Shown: in pieces, positions 1 to 10,048 of the stretch
How positions within the stretch are numbered: the first letter of the stretch is position 1
Layout of the letters: each line of letters starts with the position of its first letter
DNA from: an uncultured Candidatus Rokubacteria bacterium
Lineage (GTDB): Bacteria; Methylomirabilota; Methylomirabilia; Rokubacteriales; CSP1-6
Assembly: GCA_963758635.1 (NCBI GenBank)
Contig: CAVWWD010000008.1
Location: 1,120,001 to 1,184,000 of the forward strand
Length of the DNA: 64,000 nt
Direction: 5' to 3'
Position numbers and translations under genes: made by a program
The notes under the pieces: generated by a model
What the model was told of the DNA's origin: nothing
Seen by the model: only the letters and a program-made list of their open reading frames with translations
Databases searched by the model: none

Positions 1-2
1 TG

Positions 3-179
3 CTCGTCATCAACAAGATCGACCTCGCCCCGTACGTGGGCGCCGACCTCGGCGTGATGGAGCGCGACGCGCGGCGCATGAGAGGAGACCGGCCCTTTGT
101 CTTCACCAACCTCCGCGGCGGCGACGGCGCGGACGCCGTCTCCGGGTGGATCCGGCGCGACCTCCTGTTCGAGGGCTGA
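3..179 (+). CDS. ureG: Urease accessory GTPase UreG, 3' end (partial)
   Basis: Frame 3 reads [37 protein letters not shown]..., containing the NKxD motif and the UreG C-terminus; ureD follows. Confidence 0.9.
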   Translation, partial: LVINKIDLAPYVGADLGVMERDARRMRGDRPFVFTNLRGGDGADAVSGWIRRDLLFEG

Positions 180-1017
180 CGCCGCCTCCGCCCGCGTCGG
201 CCGCGACGGCCTGCTGCGCCTCGGCTTCGAGCGCCGCGGCGAGCGGACGGTGCTCCACGAGCGCCGCTACCGGCTGCCGCTCCAGGCCCTCGAGCCGGTC
301 GACCTCGACGGCGACGGCACGCTCACGCTGACGCTCCTGAACCCCACCGGCGGGATCTGCGGCGGCGACACGCTGGACACATGCGTCGTCCTCGGCGCGG
401 GCAGCCGCGTCTGCCTGACCACGCCGGCGGCCTCGCGCGTCTATCGCACCGTGGGCCCGGCGGCCCGGCAGACCTTCGCCGCGTCGGTCGGCGACGGGGC
501 GGTGCTCGAGTACGTTCCCGATCATCTGATCCCGTCGCCCGGGGCGCGGCTGGTGCAGCGCACGGACGTCGCCCTCGCGGATGGCGCCACGGCGATCCTG
601 GTCGATGGCTGGGTGGCGGGGCGCATCGCGCGGGGTGAGCAGTGGCGGTTCGCCGAGCTCGACCTGGGAATCTCGGCGCGCGACGAGCGCGGCTGGCTCG
701 TCCGCGAGCGCAGTGTGATCGCGGGGCGGCCGGACTGGGAGCGCCTCGGCGCGACCGACGGCCGTCCCTACGCCGGCACGCTGGTGGCCCTGTCGCCGGC
801 GCGCACGGACTGGGACGATCTCACCGCCCGGCTCGGCGGGCTGCGCCTGGCGGGCGACGACGTGGTCCTCGGCGCGACGCCACTCGCGCGGGGAGGGGTC
901 CTCGCGCGCGTGCTCGCGCGCACCGCGCCCGGCCTGCGCGCGTGCCTCGACGCGCTGTGGGCGGAGACCCGACGCTCTCTGCTCGGCCTGGGGCCGCTCG
1001 ACCTCAGGAAGCTCTGA
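97..1017 (+). CDS. ureD: Urease accessory protein UreD (true start probably ~170-200)
   Basis: [42 protein letters not shown] motifs. Confidence 0.85.
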   Translation: MSSPTSAAATARTPSPGGSGATSCSRADAASARVGRDGLLRLGFERRGERTVLHERRYRLPLQALEPVDLDGDGTLTLTLLNPTGGICGGDTLDTCVVLGAGSRVCLTTPAASRVYRTVGPAARQTFAASVGDGAVLEYVPDHLIPSPGARLVQRTDVALADGATAILVDGWVAGRIARGEQWRFAELDLGISARDERGWLVRERSVIAGRPDWERLGATDGRPYAGTLVALSPARTDWDDLTARLGGLRLAGDDVVLGATPLARGGVLARVLARTAPGLRACLDALWAETRRSLLGLGPLDLRKL

Positions 1018-1128
1018 GGTCCACGGGGTGCCCAAGCGGCAGGCTCCGATGCCTGGAGACTAGGCACCTCGGCGTCGCGCCGGCGGCTCGTCGTGACCGA
1101 ACCCCGTGATTTTCCGTCTCTGCCCGGA

Positions 1129-1144
1129 CGGCACACGCGTTGCT
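1129..1144 (+). promoter_or_regulatory. Sigma-54 (-24/-12) promoter
   Basis: CGGCAC-acgcg-TTGCT matches YTGGCAC-N5-TTGCW with correct GG-N10-GC spacing. Confidence 0.6.
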
Positions 1145-1166
1145 CCTGAGGACGTCGGACACGGCG

Positions 1167-1481
1167 ATGCCGAATGCTGGGACGGACGACTTCGACCGCC
1201 TGGTCGCCGCCTCGCTGCCCTGGGTGGTCCGCGAGAGCCTCGACCACGGCAGTGGGCGCATCTACCGCGCCGTCATGGCGCGCGTGGAGCTCCCATTGTT
1301 GCGCCACGTGCTCGAGCTGTCCGGCGGCAACCAGCTCAAGGCGGCGCGCCTGCTCGGCATCAACCGCAACACCCTCCGCAAGCGCCTCCGCCAGCTCGGC
1401 CTCCTCCCCACGCCCGTCGCACCACTAGCGCCCCCGACGCGCGACTGGCAGCCCTGCGCGCTGACCTCCGCGGGGTTCTGA
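1167..1481 (+). CDS. Stand-alone Fis-family HTH protein (NtrC C-terminal-like)
   Basis: VELPLLRHVLELSGGNQLKAARLLGINRNTLRKRL; no receiver or AAA+ domain. Confidence 0.8.
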   Translation: MPNAGTDDFDRLVAASLPWVVRESLDHGSGRIYRAVMARVELPLLRHVLELSGGNQLKAARLLGINRNTLRKRLRQLGLLPTPVAPLAPPTRDWQPCALTSAGF

Positions 1482-1687
1482 CCCGGGGCGGTCGGCGGTG
1501 GTCGTCCACTGCATTTCCATATGCGCTCGCCTCGCCTGCGGCTCGGCTCGCAAATCACACGCGCAACGCTGGGGTCAGACCTCGCGCGAGATCGACCCCA
1601 TGGCGGGGCGTTGCACGAACGACGAGGCCGCAGGGTGCGGGCGGGCGAAGCCCGGGTGCCCGCACCTTGGTAGTAAGATGGCCCAGC

Positions 1688-2387
1688 ATGGCGAGCCGGG
1701 TGCTCATCGTGGAGGACGAGCCCGACATCCGGGATCTTCTCGCGTTCCACCTCGGCCGCGAGGGGTACCAGGTGTGGACGGCGAGCTCGGGCGCCGATGG
1801 GTTCCGCATGGCCGTCCGCGAGCGTCCCGACCTCGTCCTGCTGGACCTGATGCTGCCCGAGCTGGACGGGCTCGAGGTGTGCCGGCGCCTCCGGAGGGAG
1901 CCCGCGACGGCGACCACGCCGGTCATCATGCTCACCGCGAAGGGCGACGAGATCGACCGCGTGGTCGGGCTCGAGATCGGCGCCGACGACTACGTGGCGA
2001 AGCCGTTCTCCCCCAAGGAGCTGCTCGCGCGGGTGCGGGCGGTGCTGCGCCGGGCGCGTCCGGCGACGCCGCAGGCGGAGCCGCTCTCCGCGGGGACGAT
2101 CGCGCTCGATCCCGGCACCTACACGGTGGCGGTGGGCGGCGCCCGCCGTGACCCTCACGCCCAAGGAGTTCGACCTCCTGCGCGCGCTCCTGGACGCCCG
2201 CGGGCGCGTGCTCTCGCGGGAGTTCCTGCTCGACCGCGTCTGGGGCTACGCGCGCGCCGGCGAGATCGAGTCGCGCACCATCAACGTCCACGTGCGCCGG
2301 CTGCGCGCCAAGCTGGGCGACGAGGGGCGGCGCATCCTCACCATCAAGAACGTGGGCTACCGTCTGGAGCCCGAGGCGGCGCCCTGA
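1688..2387 (+). CDS. phoB: OmpR/PhoB-family response regulator (frameshift near 2145, probably sequencing indel)
   Basis: RVLIVEDE...LLDLMLP...[11 protein letters not shown], then LTPKEFDLL...[15 protein letters not shown] in another frame. Confidence 0.75.
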
Positions 2388-2406
2388 CCGGGCCCGCCCG
2401 CCGCGC

Positions 2407-4254
2407 ATGCGCCGCCTGATCCACCGCCTCCGCCGCCGCATCGCGATCAAGCTCACGCTCACGCTCGTCATCTTCGTGGCGGTGGTCATCCTCGCCGCCG
2501 GGCTCTACCTGGAGCGGTCCCTCGAGGAGTTCGCGGTGTCCTCGCTGGAGGCGCGGCTGGCCCTGGTCGGGCGCGTCCTCGAGCCCGAGGCGCGGGAGAT
2601 CGTCGCCGGCGGCGCGCCGAGCGCCGGCCTCGCCTTCGTGAGCCGCGTGGCCGCGGCCACGGGCCTCCGCGTCACGCTGATCGCGCCCGACGGCCACGTG
2701 GCCGCGGAGTCGGACCGGCCGATGCAGGCGTGGCCGGCCATCGACAACCATCGGGACCGGCCGGAGGTGGCGGCGGCCCTGGCCGGACGCGTCGGACGCC
2801 ACGTGCGCCGCAGCGCCACGCTCGACCTCCCGCAGCTCTACGTGGCGATGCCGCTCGGCGCGGCCGATCGCGTCGCCGGGGTCCTGCGGCTGTCGCTGCC
2901 GCTCACCGCCGTGACCGACTCGTACGCGCGACTGCGCCAGGTGATGCTCGCCGGCGGCGTCGTGGCCCTGCTCGTCGCCCTCGGCATCGGGCTCTTCGTG
3001 TCGAGCCGGGTCACGCGGCCGGTGGTGGAGATGCAGTCGATCGCGCGCCAGATGAGCGAGGGCAACCTCGGCGTGCGCGCGGCCGTGCGCTCCCCCGACG
3101 AGATCGGCGCGCTCGGACGCTCGCTCAACGTGATGGCGGCACGCCTGCGGGAGAAGATCGACGACCTGGCGCAGGAGCGCGTCAAGGTCACCGGCATCCT
3201 CGACGGCATGGTCGAGGGCGTGATCGCGGTGGACGCCCACGAGCACGTCGTGCTCATGAACGAGCGCGCGCGGGCCATGTTCGGCGTGGCCACCATCCGG
3301 ATCGAGTCCCGGCCGCTCCTCGAGCTGGCGCGGAACGCGGACCTCCACGAGCTGATCCGCGAGGGGCGCGCGGCGCCCGCCGGCAGCGTGGTGCGCCGCG
3401 AGCTGGCCCTCACCGCGCCCGCGGACACCGTGCTCCAGGCCCACGCGGTGCCGCTCCGGCTCGGCCCGGGCGACGCCGGCGCGGTGGTGGTGCTCAACGA
3501 CGTCACCGCGCTCCGCCGGCTCGAGCGCGTGCGCACCGAGTTCATCGCCAACGTCTCCCACGAGCTGCGCACGCCGCTGACCGCCATCCACGGGTACCTG
3601 GAAACCCTGCTCGGCGGCGCCCTCGAGGAGCCGGACAACGCGCGGCGGTTCCTCGAGATCGTGTTCCGGCACACCGAGCGCCTGGGCCGCCTGCTCGACG
3701 ACCTCACCGACCTCTCGAACATCGAGCTGGGCCGGGTCCGGCTGCGCGTCGCGCCGCTCTCCGTCGGCGACGTGGTGGAGTCCACGCTCGCCATCATCCG
3801 CCCGCGGGCCGAGGCCGGCCGCGTCCGGCTCGTGGCCGACGTGCCCGCCGACCTGCCGCTGGTCGAGGCCGACCGCGACCGCCTCGCCCAGATCCTCATC
3901 AACGTGGTGGACAACGCCGTGAAGTACACGCCGCCCGACGGCACGGTGACGGTCGCGGCCGGCGCGGCCCCGGGGCGGGCGGTCGAGGTGACGGTGACCG
4001 ACACCGGCGTCGGCATCCCGCCCGCCGACCTGCCCCGCATCACCGAGCGCTTCTATCGTGTGGACCGTGCCCGCTCGCGCGAGCTGGGCGGCACCGGGCT
4101 CGGCCTCGCCATCGTGAAGCACCTCGTCCTCGCGCACGGCGGGGAGCTGCGCATCGACAGCCGGGTCGGGCAGGGCACCACCGTCGCGTTCACGCTGCCC
4201 GCGGGCGCGGCAACCCCGGCCACGGCGGCGCCCGCCGCGGAGGCCCCGGTGTGA
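2407..4254 (+). CDS. phoR: PhoR-like sensor histidine kinase (TM-HAMP-PAS-HisKA-HATPase)
   Basis: FIANVSHELRTPLT, NAVKYT, DTGVGI, FYRVDRARSRELGGTGLGL; next to pst genes. Confidence 0.85.
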   Translation: MRRLIHRLRRRIAIKLTLTLVIFVAVVILAAGLYLERSLEEFAVSSLEARLALVGRVLEPEAREIVAGGAPSAGLAFVSRVAAATGLRVTLIAPDGHVAAESDRPMQAWPAIDNHRDRPEVAAALAGRVGRHVRRSATLDLPQLYVAMPLGAADRVAGVLRLSLPLTAVTDSYARLRQVMLAGGVVALLVALGIGLFVSSRVTRPVVEMQSIARQMSEGNLGVRAAVRSPDEIGALGRSLNVMAARLREKIDDLAQERVKVTGILDGMVEGVIAVDAHEHVVLMNERARAMFGVATIRIESRPLLELARNADLHELIREGRAAPAGSVVRRELALTAPADTVLQAHAVPLRLGPGDAGAVVVLNDVTALRRLERVRTEFIANVSHELRTPLTAIHGYLETLLGGALEEPDNARRFLEIVFRHTERLGRLLDDLTDLSNIELGRVRLRVAPLSVGDVVESTLAIIRPRAEAGRVRLVADVPADLPLVEADRDRLAQILINVVDNAVKYTPPDGTVTVAAGAAPGRAVEVTVTDTGVGIPPADLPRITERFYRVDRARSRELGGTGLGLAIVKHLVLAHGGELRIDSRVGQGTTVAFTLPAGAATPATAAPAAEAPV

Positions 4255-4265
4255 GGCACGCATCC

Positions 4266-4365
4266 GGGGGGTGTGAAGAAATGGCGAGACAGCTTCACGT
4301 GCGCACGCAGAAGCGCGGTGCTGGCACGCATGGCGAAGTCGACATCCGCATTCTGTCGCAACCTC
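4266..4365 (+). mobile_element. ~100-bp MITE-like dispersed repeat, copy 1
   Basis: Imperfect terminal inverted repeats GGGGGTGTGAAGAAATG / CATTCTGTCGCAACCTC; internal sequence similar to copies at 20724, 46403 and 48509. Confidence 0.7.
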
Positions 4366-4384
4366 CGAAGGAGGAGGACCGCTC

Positions 4385-5785
4385 GTGACCGGGTACGACT
4401 ACGACATCGTGTGCATTGGAAGCGGCCCCGCCGGCCAGCGCGCGGCGGTGCAGGCGGCCAAGCTCGGCAAGCGAGCGGCGGTGATCGAGCGCATGACCTG
4501 CGTCGGCGGGGTGTGCGTGGAATCGGGCACGATCCCTTCGAAGACCCTGCGGGAGGCCGTGCTGTTCTTCTCGGGGATCGGCGGGCGCTTCGACCGCCGG
4601 CGGGGCACGCGGCCGGACGTGCGCCCGAGCGCCGGCGACCTCCTCGCCCGGGTTGGCGAGGTGGTCTCGCGCGAGATCGAGGTCGTCCAGAACCAGCTCC
4701 GGCGGAACGACGTGGCCCTCCTCCAGGGCGAGGCCTCGTTCGCGGACCCGCACACGCTGCGGATCCAGACGGGACCGGAGTCGTGGACGCGCGTCACCGC
4801 GGACAACGTCGTGGTGGCCTGCGGCACCCGGGCGGCCGCGCCTCCGGGCGGCCCCGCCGACGGCGAGGTGGTGCTGACGAGCGACGACGTGCTGCGCATC
4901 ACCCAGGTCCCGCGGAGCCTGGTCGTGGTGGGGGCGGGGGTGATCGGGATCGAGTACGCCTCGATGTTCGCCGCGCTGGGCGTGAACGTGACGCTGGTGG
5001 AGCGGCGCACGCGCCCGCTCGAGTTCCTCGACGCGGAGATCGTGGACGAGCTGATGCACCAGATGCGCACGCGCAACGTCACGTTCCGGCTCGGCGAGGC
5101 GGTGGAGAACATCGAGGTGGTGGAGGGCCCGCCGCGCCGGGCCGCGCTCCAGCTCGAGTCGGGCAAGCGCATCGTGGCCGACATGGTGCTGTTCTCGGCC
5201 GGGCGCATCGCCGCCACCGCGGCCCTCCATCTCGACGCGGCCGGGCTCCAGGCCGACGACCGCGGCCGCCTGCGCGTGGACGAGAGCTTCCGGACCAGCG
5301 TGCCCCACATCTTCGCGGCCGGCAACGTCATCGGCTACCCGAGCCTGGCCGCGACGTCGTCGGAGCAGGGCCGGCTGGCCGCGTGCCACGCCTTCGGCGT
5401 GGAGGCGCGCCCCATGACCGCGCACTTCCCCATCGGCATCTACGCCATCCCGGAGATCTCGATGGTGGGCGCCACGGAGGGAGAGCTGACGGGACATCGC
5501 GTGCCGTACGAGACCGGCGTGGCCCGCTACCGCGAGATCGCCCGGGGGCAGATCCTGGGCGACGACAGCGGCCTCTTCAAGATGCTCTTCCACCGCGAGG
5601 ACCGGCGGCTCCTGGGCGTCCACATCATCGGCACCAACGCCACGGAGCTGGTCCACATCGGGCAGGCCGTCCTCGGCCTGGGCGGCGGCATGGACTACTT
5701 CCTGCAGAACGTCTTCAACTACCCCACGCTGGCCGAGTGCTACAAGGTGGCGGCCCTGGACGCCTCGAACAAGCTCCGCGCCTGA
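4385..5785 (+). CDS. sthA: Soluble pyridine nucleotide transhydrogenase
   Basis: GSGPAG, GGVCVESGTIPSK (single Cys), C-terminal FNYPTLAECYKVAA. Confidence 0.85.
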   Translation: MTGYDYDIVCIGSGPAGQRAAVQAAKLGKRAAVIERMTCVGGVCVESGTIPSKTLREAVLFFSGIGGRFDRRRGTRPDVRPSAGDLLARVGEVVSREIEVVQNQLRRNDVALLQGEASFADPHTLRIQTGPESWTRVTADNVVVACGTRAAAPPGGPADGEVVLTSDDVLRITQVPRSLVVVGAGVIGIEYASMFAALGVNVTLVERRTRPLEFLDAEIVDELMHQMRTRNVTFRLGEAVENIEVVEGPPRRAALQLESGKRIVADMVLFSAGRIAATAALHLDAAGLQADDRGRLRVDESFRTSVPHIFAAGNVIGYPSLAATSSEQGRLAACHAFGVEARPMTAHFPIGIYAIPEISMVGATEGELTGHRVPYETGVARYREIARGQILGDDSGLFKMLFHREDRRLLGVHIIGTNATELVHIGQAVLGLGGGMDYFLQNVFNYPTLAECYKVAALDASNKLRA

Positions 5786-5795
5786 CGCATGATCA

Positions 5796-5834
5796 CCTCT
5801 CCCCTCCGGGGAGAGGGATAGGGTGAGGGGCGGT
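5796..5834. repeat. REP-like CCCTCTCCC/GGGAGAGGG palindromic repeat, copy A
   Basis: CCTCTCCCC-tcc-GGGGAGAGG-gatagggtgaggggcggt; near-identical copy at 34099-34136. Confidence 0.75.
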
Positions 5835-5875
5835 CGCACGACCGCCCCGCGACGAACGTCCCGGCCCGCTCACGA

Positions 5876-5913
5876 TTCACCGAAGGTTTACCCCGACGTC
5901 ATCACGCCGTAAC
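5876..5913 (+). promoter_or_regulatory. Pho-box-like array of four 11-bp-spaced half sites
   Basis: TTCAC (5876), TTTAC (5887), GTCAT (5898), GTAAC (5909), exactly 11 nt apart, upstream of the phoB-pstS operon. Confidence 0.65.
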
Positions 5914-5938
5914 CAGACGCCTCGACACTGGCCCCGTC

Positions 5939-6694
5939 ATGGCGATCAGAGAGGTGAGTCACCCGGACGGGCGGGCACAGGCCGAGGCGGGCCGCAAGCG
6001 CGCGGGCCGCATCCTCGTGGTGGAGGACGAGCAGGACGTGGCCGAGCTGATCCGCTATCACCTGGACCGCGACGGCTACGACGTGACGGTGACGGCGAGC
6101 GGCGCGGACGCGCTGGCCCGGGCCCGTGAGGCGCCGCCCGAGCTGATCCTCCTGGACGTGATGGTGCCGCAGCTGAACGGCTGGGAGGTGTGCCGCCGCC
6201 TCAAGCAGGATCCCCACACGCGCCGCATCCCCATCATCATGGTCACCGGCCGCGCCGAGGAAGGCGACAAGGTCCTCGGCTTCGAGCTGGGCGCCGACGA
6301 CTACGTGACCAAGCCGTTCTCCCCCCGGGAGCTGCTCGCGCGCGTGCGGGCGGTCATGCGGCGTGGCCGGCTGCCGGAGACGCGCCGCAGCCAGCTCAGC
6401 GCCGGCGACATCGAGATCGATCGCGACCGGTTCGAGGTGCGCATGAAGGGCCGGGCCGTCGACCTCACGCCCAAGGAGTTCGAGCTCCTCGCCACGCTCG
6501 TCGCCACGCCCGGCCGCGTCTTCGGCCGCGAGGAGCTGCTCGACGCCGTGTGGGGCCGTGACGGCTTCGTCGAGCCCCGCACCGTGGACGTCCACATGGC
6601 GCGCCTGCGCAGCAAGTTCATCCTCGCCCGCCTGCCCGAGCCCGGTGTGGAGACCGTGCGCGGCGTGGGCTACCGCTTCAAGGACGCCCGTTAA
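5939..6694 (+). CDS. phoB: Second PhoB-family response regulator
   Basis: [45 protein letters not shown]; directly upstream of pstS. Confidence 0.8.
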   Translation: MAIREVSHPDGRAQAEAGRKRAGRILVVEDEQDVAELIRYHLDRDGYDVTVTASGADALARAREAPPELILLDVMVPQLNGWEVCRRLKQDPHTRRIPIIMVTGRAEEGDKVLGFELGADDYVTKPFSPRELLARVRAVMRRGRLPETRRSQLSAGDIEIDRDRFEVRMKGRAVDLTPKEFELLATLVATPGRVFGREELLDAVWGRDGFVEPRTVDVHMARLRSKFILARLPEPGVETVRGVGYRFKDAR

Positions 6695-6706
6695 CACACT
6701 TGTAAC
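6691..6706 (+). promoter_or_regulatory. Pho-box-like site upstream of pstS
   Basis: TTAAC-acactt-GTAAC with 11-nt period. Confidence 0.55.
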
Positions 6707-6773
6707 GTGGCCGCCGCGCCCCCGAAACCTCCCGGCGTCACCATGCGCGACACACCGACAAGGAGAACGAGAG

Positions 6774-7752
6774 ATGAGAACGGGAAAGATCGTGGTCGCC
6801 GCCCTGGGCGTGGTCGCCCTCCTCGCGGCGTACGCGGCGGCCAGCGGGCCGCCGAAGCTCGACGCCGCGCTGGCCGGCTACAAGGCGGTGAGCGGCGTCA
6901 GCGGCAACCTCTCCAGCATCGGATCCGACTCGCTGAACAACGTCATGACGCTCTGGGCGGAGTCGTTCAGCCGCTTCTACCCGAACGCCAAGATCCAGAT
7001 CGAGGGGAAGGGATCCTCCACCGCGCCGCCCGCCCTCATCGCCGGCACCGCCCAGCTCGGGCCGATGTCGAGGGAGATGAAGGCGAGCGAGGTCGACGGG
7101 TTCGAGAAGAAGTACGGCTACAAGCCCACGCCGATCCGCACGTCGGTGGACGCGCTCGCGGTGTTCGTGAACAAGGACAACCCCATCAAGTGCCTGACGA
7201 TCGCCCAGGCCGACGCGATCTTCTCGAAGTCTCGCCGCCACGGCTCCAAGGAGGACATCCGGACCTGGGGCCAGCTCGGGCTGACCGGCGAGTGGGCGTC
7301 CCGTCCGATCAGCCTGTTCGGCCGGAACTCCGCCTCCGGGACGTACGGGTTCTTCAAGGAGCACACGCTGAAGAACGGTGACTTCAAGGACGAGGTGAAG
7401 GAGCAGCCCGGCTCCGCCTCGGTGGTGCAGGGCATCACCGTGGATCGCTTCGCGATGGGCTACAGCGGCATCGGCTACGCCACGGCGGGCGTCCGCGCCG
7501 TCCCGCTGGCCGAGAAGGAAGGCGCGAAGTGCTACGAGGCGGACGCGGACAACGCCTACGCGGGGACGCTATCCGCTGGCCCGGTTCCTCTTCGTCTACC
7601 TGAACAAGGCCCCGGGCAAGACCCTGGATCCGCTCACCCGCGAGTTCGTCAAGCTGATGCTCTCGAAGGAAGGCCAGGAGGTGGTCATCAAGGACGGCTA
7701 CTTCCCCGTCACGGCCGGCATCGCGAAGGAAGAGCTGAACAAGGTGCAGTAG
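6774..7752 (+). CDS. pstS: Phosphate ABC transporter substrate-binding protein (frameshift near 7570)
   Basis: [44 protein letters not shown]-terminus [10 protein letters not shown] in shifted frame. Confidence 0.9.
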
Positions 7753-7777
7753 TTGGCGATCCGCGCAGACACCCTCC

Positions 7778-7805
7778 GGGCGGGCCGGCCCTCGCCGGTC
7801 CGCCC
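7778..7805 (+). terminator. Intercistronic GC hairpin after pstS
   Basis: GGGCGGGCCGGC-cctc-GCCGGTCCGCCC. Confidence 0.5.
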
Positions 7806-7845
7806 CCTCGCCGTCTCTCCCGCACGCACCGCCCGCCGCATCACC

Positions 7846-10038
7846 ATGGATCGCTGGGCTTCACGCCTGGTCGTGGCCGGCGGCGTCGTGATCATCGCGT
7901 CCATCCTGGCCATCCTGCTGGTGATCCTCACCGAGGTGTACCCGCTCTTCCGCAGCAGCACGGCGACGTTCATCGACACGCGGCGCGCCGGGCGCGCGGC
8001 GGGCGCCCCGGCTCCCGGCGGCGCGGCAGGCGTGGACGAGTACCGCGAGCTGGCCTACGCGGTCTCCGGGGCGGGCGCGCTGGAGTTCACGGCGCTCCGG
8101 GAGCGGCCGACGCCGGCCGCCGTGCCTGTCCCGGGACTCGGCGGCGCCCACGTGACGACGGTCGCGGGGCCGGGCACCGGACGCCATCTGATCGGCACCA
8201 GCGACGGCCGCGCGATCCCCCTCGACATGAAGTTCGACGTTGCTTTCCCGGAAGGCCGCCGGACGGTGACCGCCGCCCCCGCCTTCGGCGAGCCCGTGAC
8301 GCTCGACGCGCAGGGCGCGGAGGTTCGCCGCCTCACCTTCGCCACGCCGGGCTCGGGAACGGTGACGGTGGCGCAGGTGGGACCGAGCGCCCTGTCCGTG
8401 CATTCGGTGGTGGAGCGGAAGGCCCTGATCGGGGGAGCGCGGCGGGAGGAGTCGCTCCGGGCCCTCCCCGTGGCGATCGACGGCGAGATCACCGCGATCG
8501 CCCTCGACGGCCGCGGCGACGACCTCTTCGTGGGCACCTCGCGCGGTCGGGTGGTGCGCTACGACATGCGCGCCCCCGACAACCCGGCGGTCATGGACAC
8601 GGCGCCGGTCGCCACGACCCCGGACACCGCGGTCACGGCCCTCGGCTTCCTGCTGGGCGACCGGACGCTCGTCGTCGGCGACTCGCGGGGCGGCGTCTCG
8701 AGCTGGCAGGTGGTGCCGCCGCCCGAGGGCGGGGAGCGCCACCTGACCCGGATCCACGAGTTCTCGCGCCACGCGAGCCCGGTGGTCGCGATCGCCGCCT
8801 CGCGCCGCGACAAGGGCTTCGTCACCGCCGACGCCTCCGGCCAGGTACAGGTCCACTACGGCACGACGGGCAAGACGCTCCTGTCTCCGCGCGCCCCCGC
8901 CGGCGACCTGCGCGCCATCGTCTTCGCGCCGAAGGCCGACGGGCTCCTGACCGTGGACGGGGTCGGGGTGTGGTCGCACTGGCGCGTGGACAACCCACAT
9001 CCGGAGTTCTCGCTCGGCACCGTCTTCGGCAAGGTGTGGTACGAGGGGTACGCGAAGCCCGCCCACGTCTGGCAGTCGACCGGCGGCACCGACGACTTCG
9101 AGGCGAAGCTGAGCCTCACGCCGCTCATCTTCGGGACGCTCAAGGGCACGTTCTACGCCCTCCTCTTCGCCGTCCCGCTGGCGCTCCTCTCCGCCGTGTA
9201 CGTGAGCGAGTTCATGCACCCGGTGGTGAAGGGCTACGTGAAGCCGGTGGTCGAGATCATGGCCGCCCTGCCCAGCGTGGTGCTGGGCTTCCTGGCCGGG
9301 CTGTGGCTGGCGCCCATGATCGAGCGCATCGTGCCCGGGCTGTTCCTGCTGCCCGTGGTGCTGACCGTGAGCATCCTCGCCGCCTACGCGGCCTGGCAGG
9401 TCGTTCCCCGGGCCGTCCGGCAGCGCTTCCGGACGGGCACGGAGGTGCTGCTGCTCGTCCCCGTCGTGGTCGGCGCGGCCTGGGTCGCCTTCGGCCTCGG
9501 CGGGCTGGTCGAGGCCACGCTGCTCGGCGGGAGCTACCGCGGCTGGCTCCTCGCCGCGCTCGGCCTCACCTACGACCAGCGGAACTCGCTCGTCGTCGGC
9601 ATCGCCATGGGCTTCGCGGTCATCCCGATCATCTTCACGATCGCCGAGGACTCGCTGGCCAACGTGCCCCAGCACCTGCGCGCGGGCTCGCTCGCCCTGG
9701 GGGCGAACCGGTGGCAGACCGCCATCCGGATCGTGCTGCCCACCGCGAGCCCGGGGATCTTCTCGGCGGTCATGATCGGCTTCGGGCGCGCCGTGGGCGA
9801 GACCATGATCGTCCTCATGGCCACCGGCAACACGCCGGTGATGGACTGGAGCATCTTCAACGGGTTCCGCGCGCTGTCCGCCAACGTGGCGGTGGAGCTG
9901 CCCGAGGCGCCGGAGGGCGGCACGCTCTTCCGGGTGCTCTTCCTCGCCGCCTTCCTCCTCTTCTGCCTCACGTTCGCCGTGAACACCGTGGCCGAGGTGG
10001 TGCGCCTCCGCCTACGGCGGAGGTACCGCTACCTGTGA
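7846..10038 (+). CDS. pstC: Phosphate ABC permease PstC with large N-terminal beta-propeller-like domain
   Basis: [36 protein letters not shown] 7846 preferred because the TTG 7753 extension overlaps the hairpin. Confidence 0.85.
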   Translation: MDRWASRLVVAGGVVIIASILAILLVILTEVYPLFRSSTATFIDTRRAGRAAGAPAPGGAAGVDEYRELAYAVSGAGALEFTALRERPTPAAVPVPGLGGAHVTTVAGPGTGRHLIGTSDGRAIPLDMKFDVAFPEGRRTVTAAPAFGEPVTLDAQGAEVRRLTFATPGSGTVTVAQVGPSALSVHSVVERKALIGGARREESLRALPVAIDGEITAIALDGRGDDLFVGTSRGRVVRYDMRAPDNPAVMDTAPVATTPDTAVTALGFLLGDRTLVVGDSRGGVSSWQVVPPPEGGERHLTRIHEFSRHASPVVAIAASRRDKGFVTADASGQVQVHYGTTGKTLLSPRAPAGDLRAIVFAPKADGLLTVDGVGVWSHWRVDNPHPEFSLGTVFGKVWYEGYAKPAHVWQSTGGTDDFEAKLSLTPLIFGTLKGTFYALLFAVPLALLSAVYVSEFMHPVVKGYVKPVVEIMAALPSVVLGFLAGLWLAPMIERIVPGLFLLPVVLTVSILAAYAAWQVVPRAVRQRFRTGTEVLLLVPVVVGAAWVAFGLGGLVEATLLGGSYRGWLLAALGLTYDQRNSLVVGIAMGFAVIPIIFTIAEDSLANVPQHLRAGSLALGANRWQTAIRIVLPTASPGIFSAVMIGFGRAVGETMIVLMATGNTPVMDWSIFNGFRALSANVAVELPEAPEGGTLFRVLFLAAFLLFCLTFAVNTVAEVVRLRLRRRYRYL

Positions 10039-10048
10039 GCATCACCGC

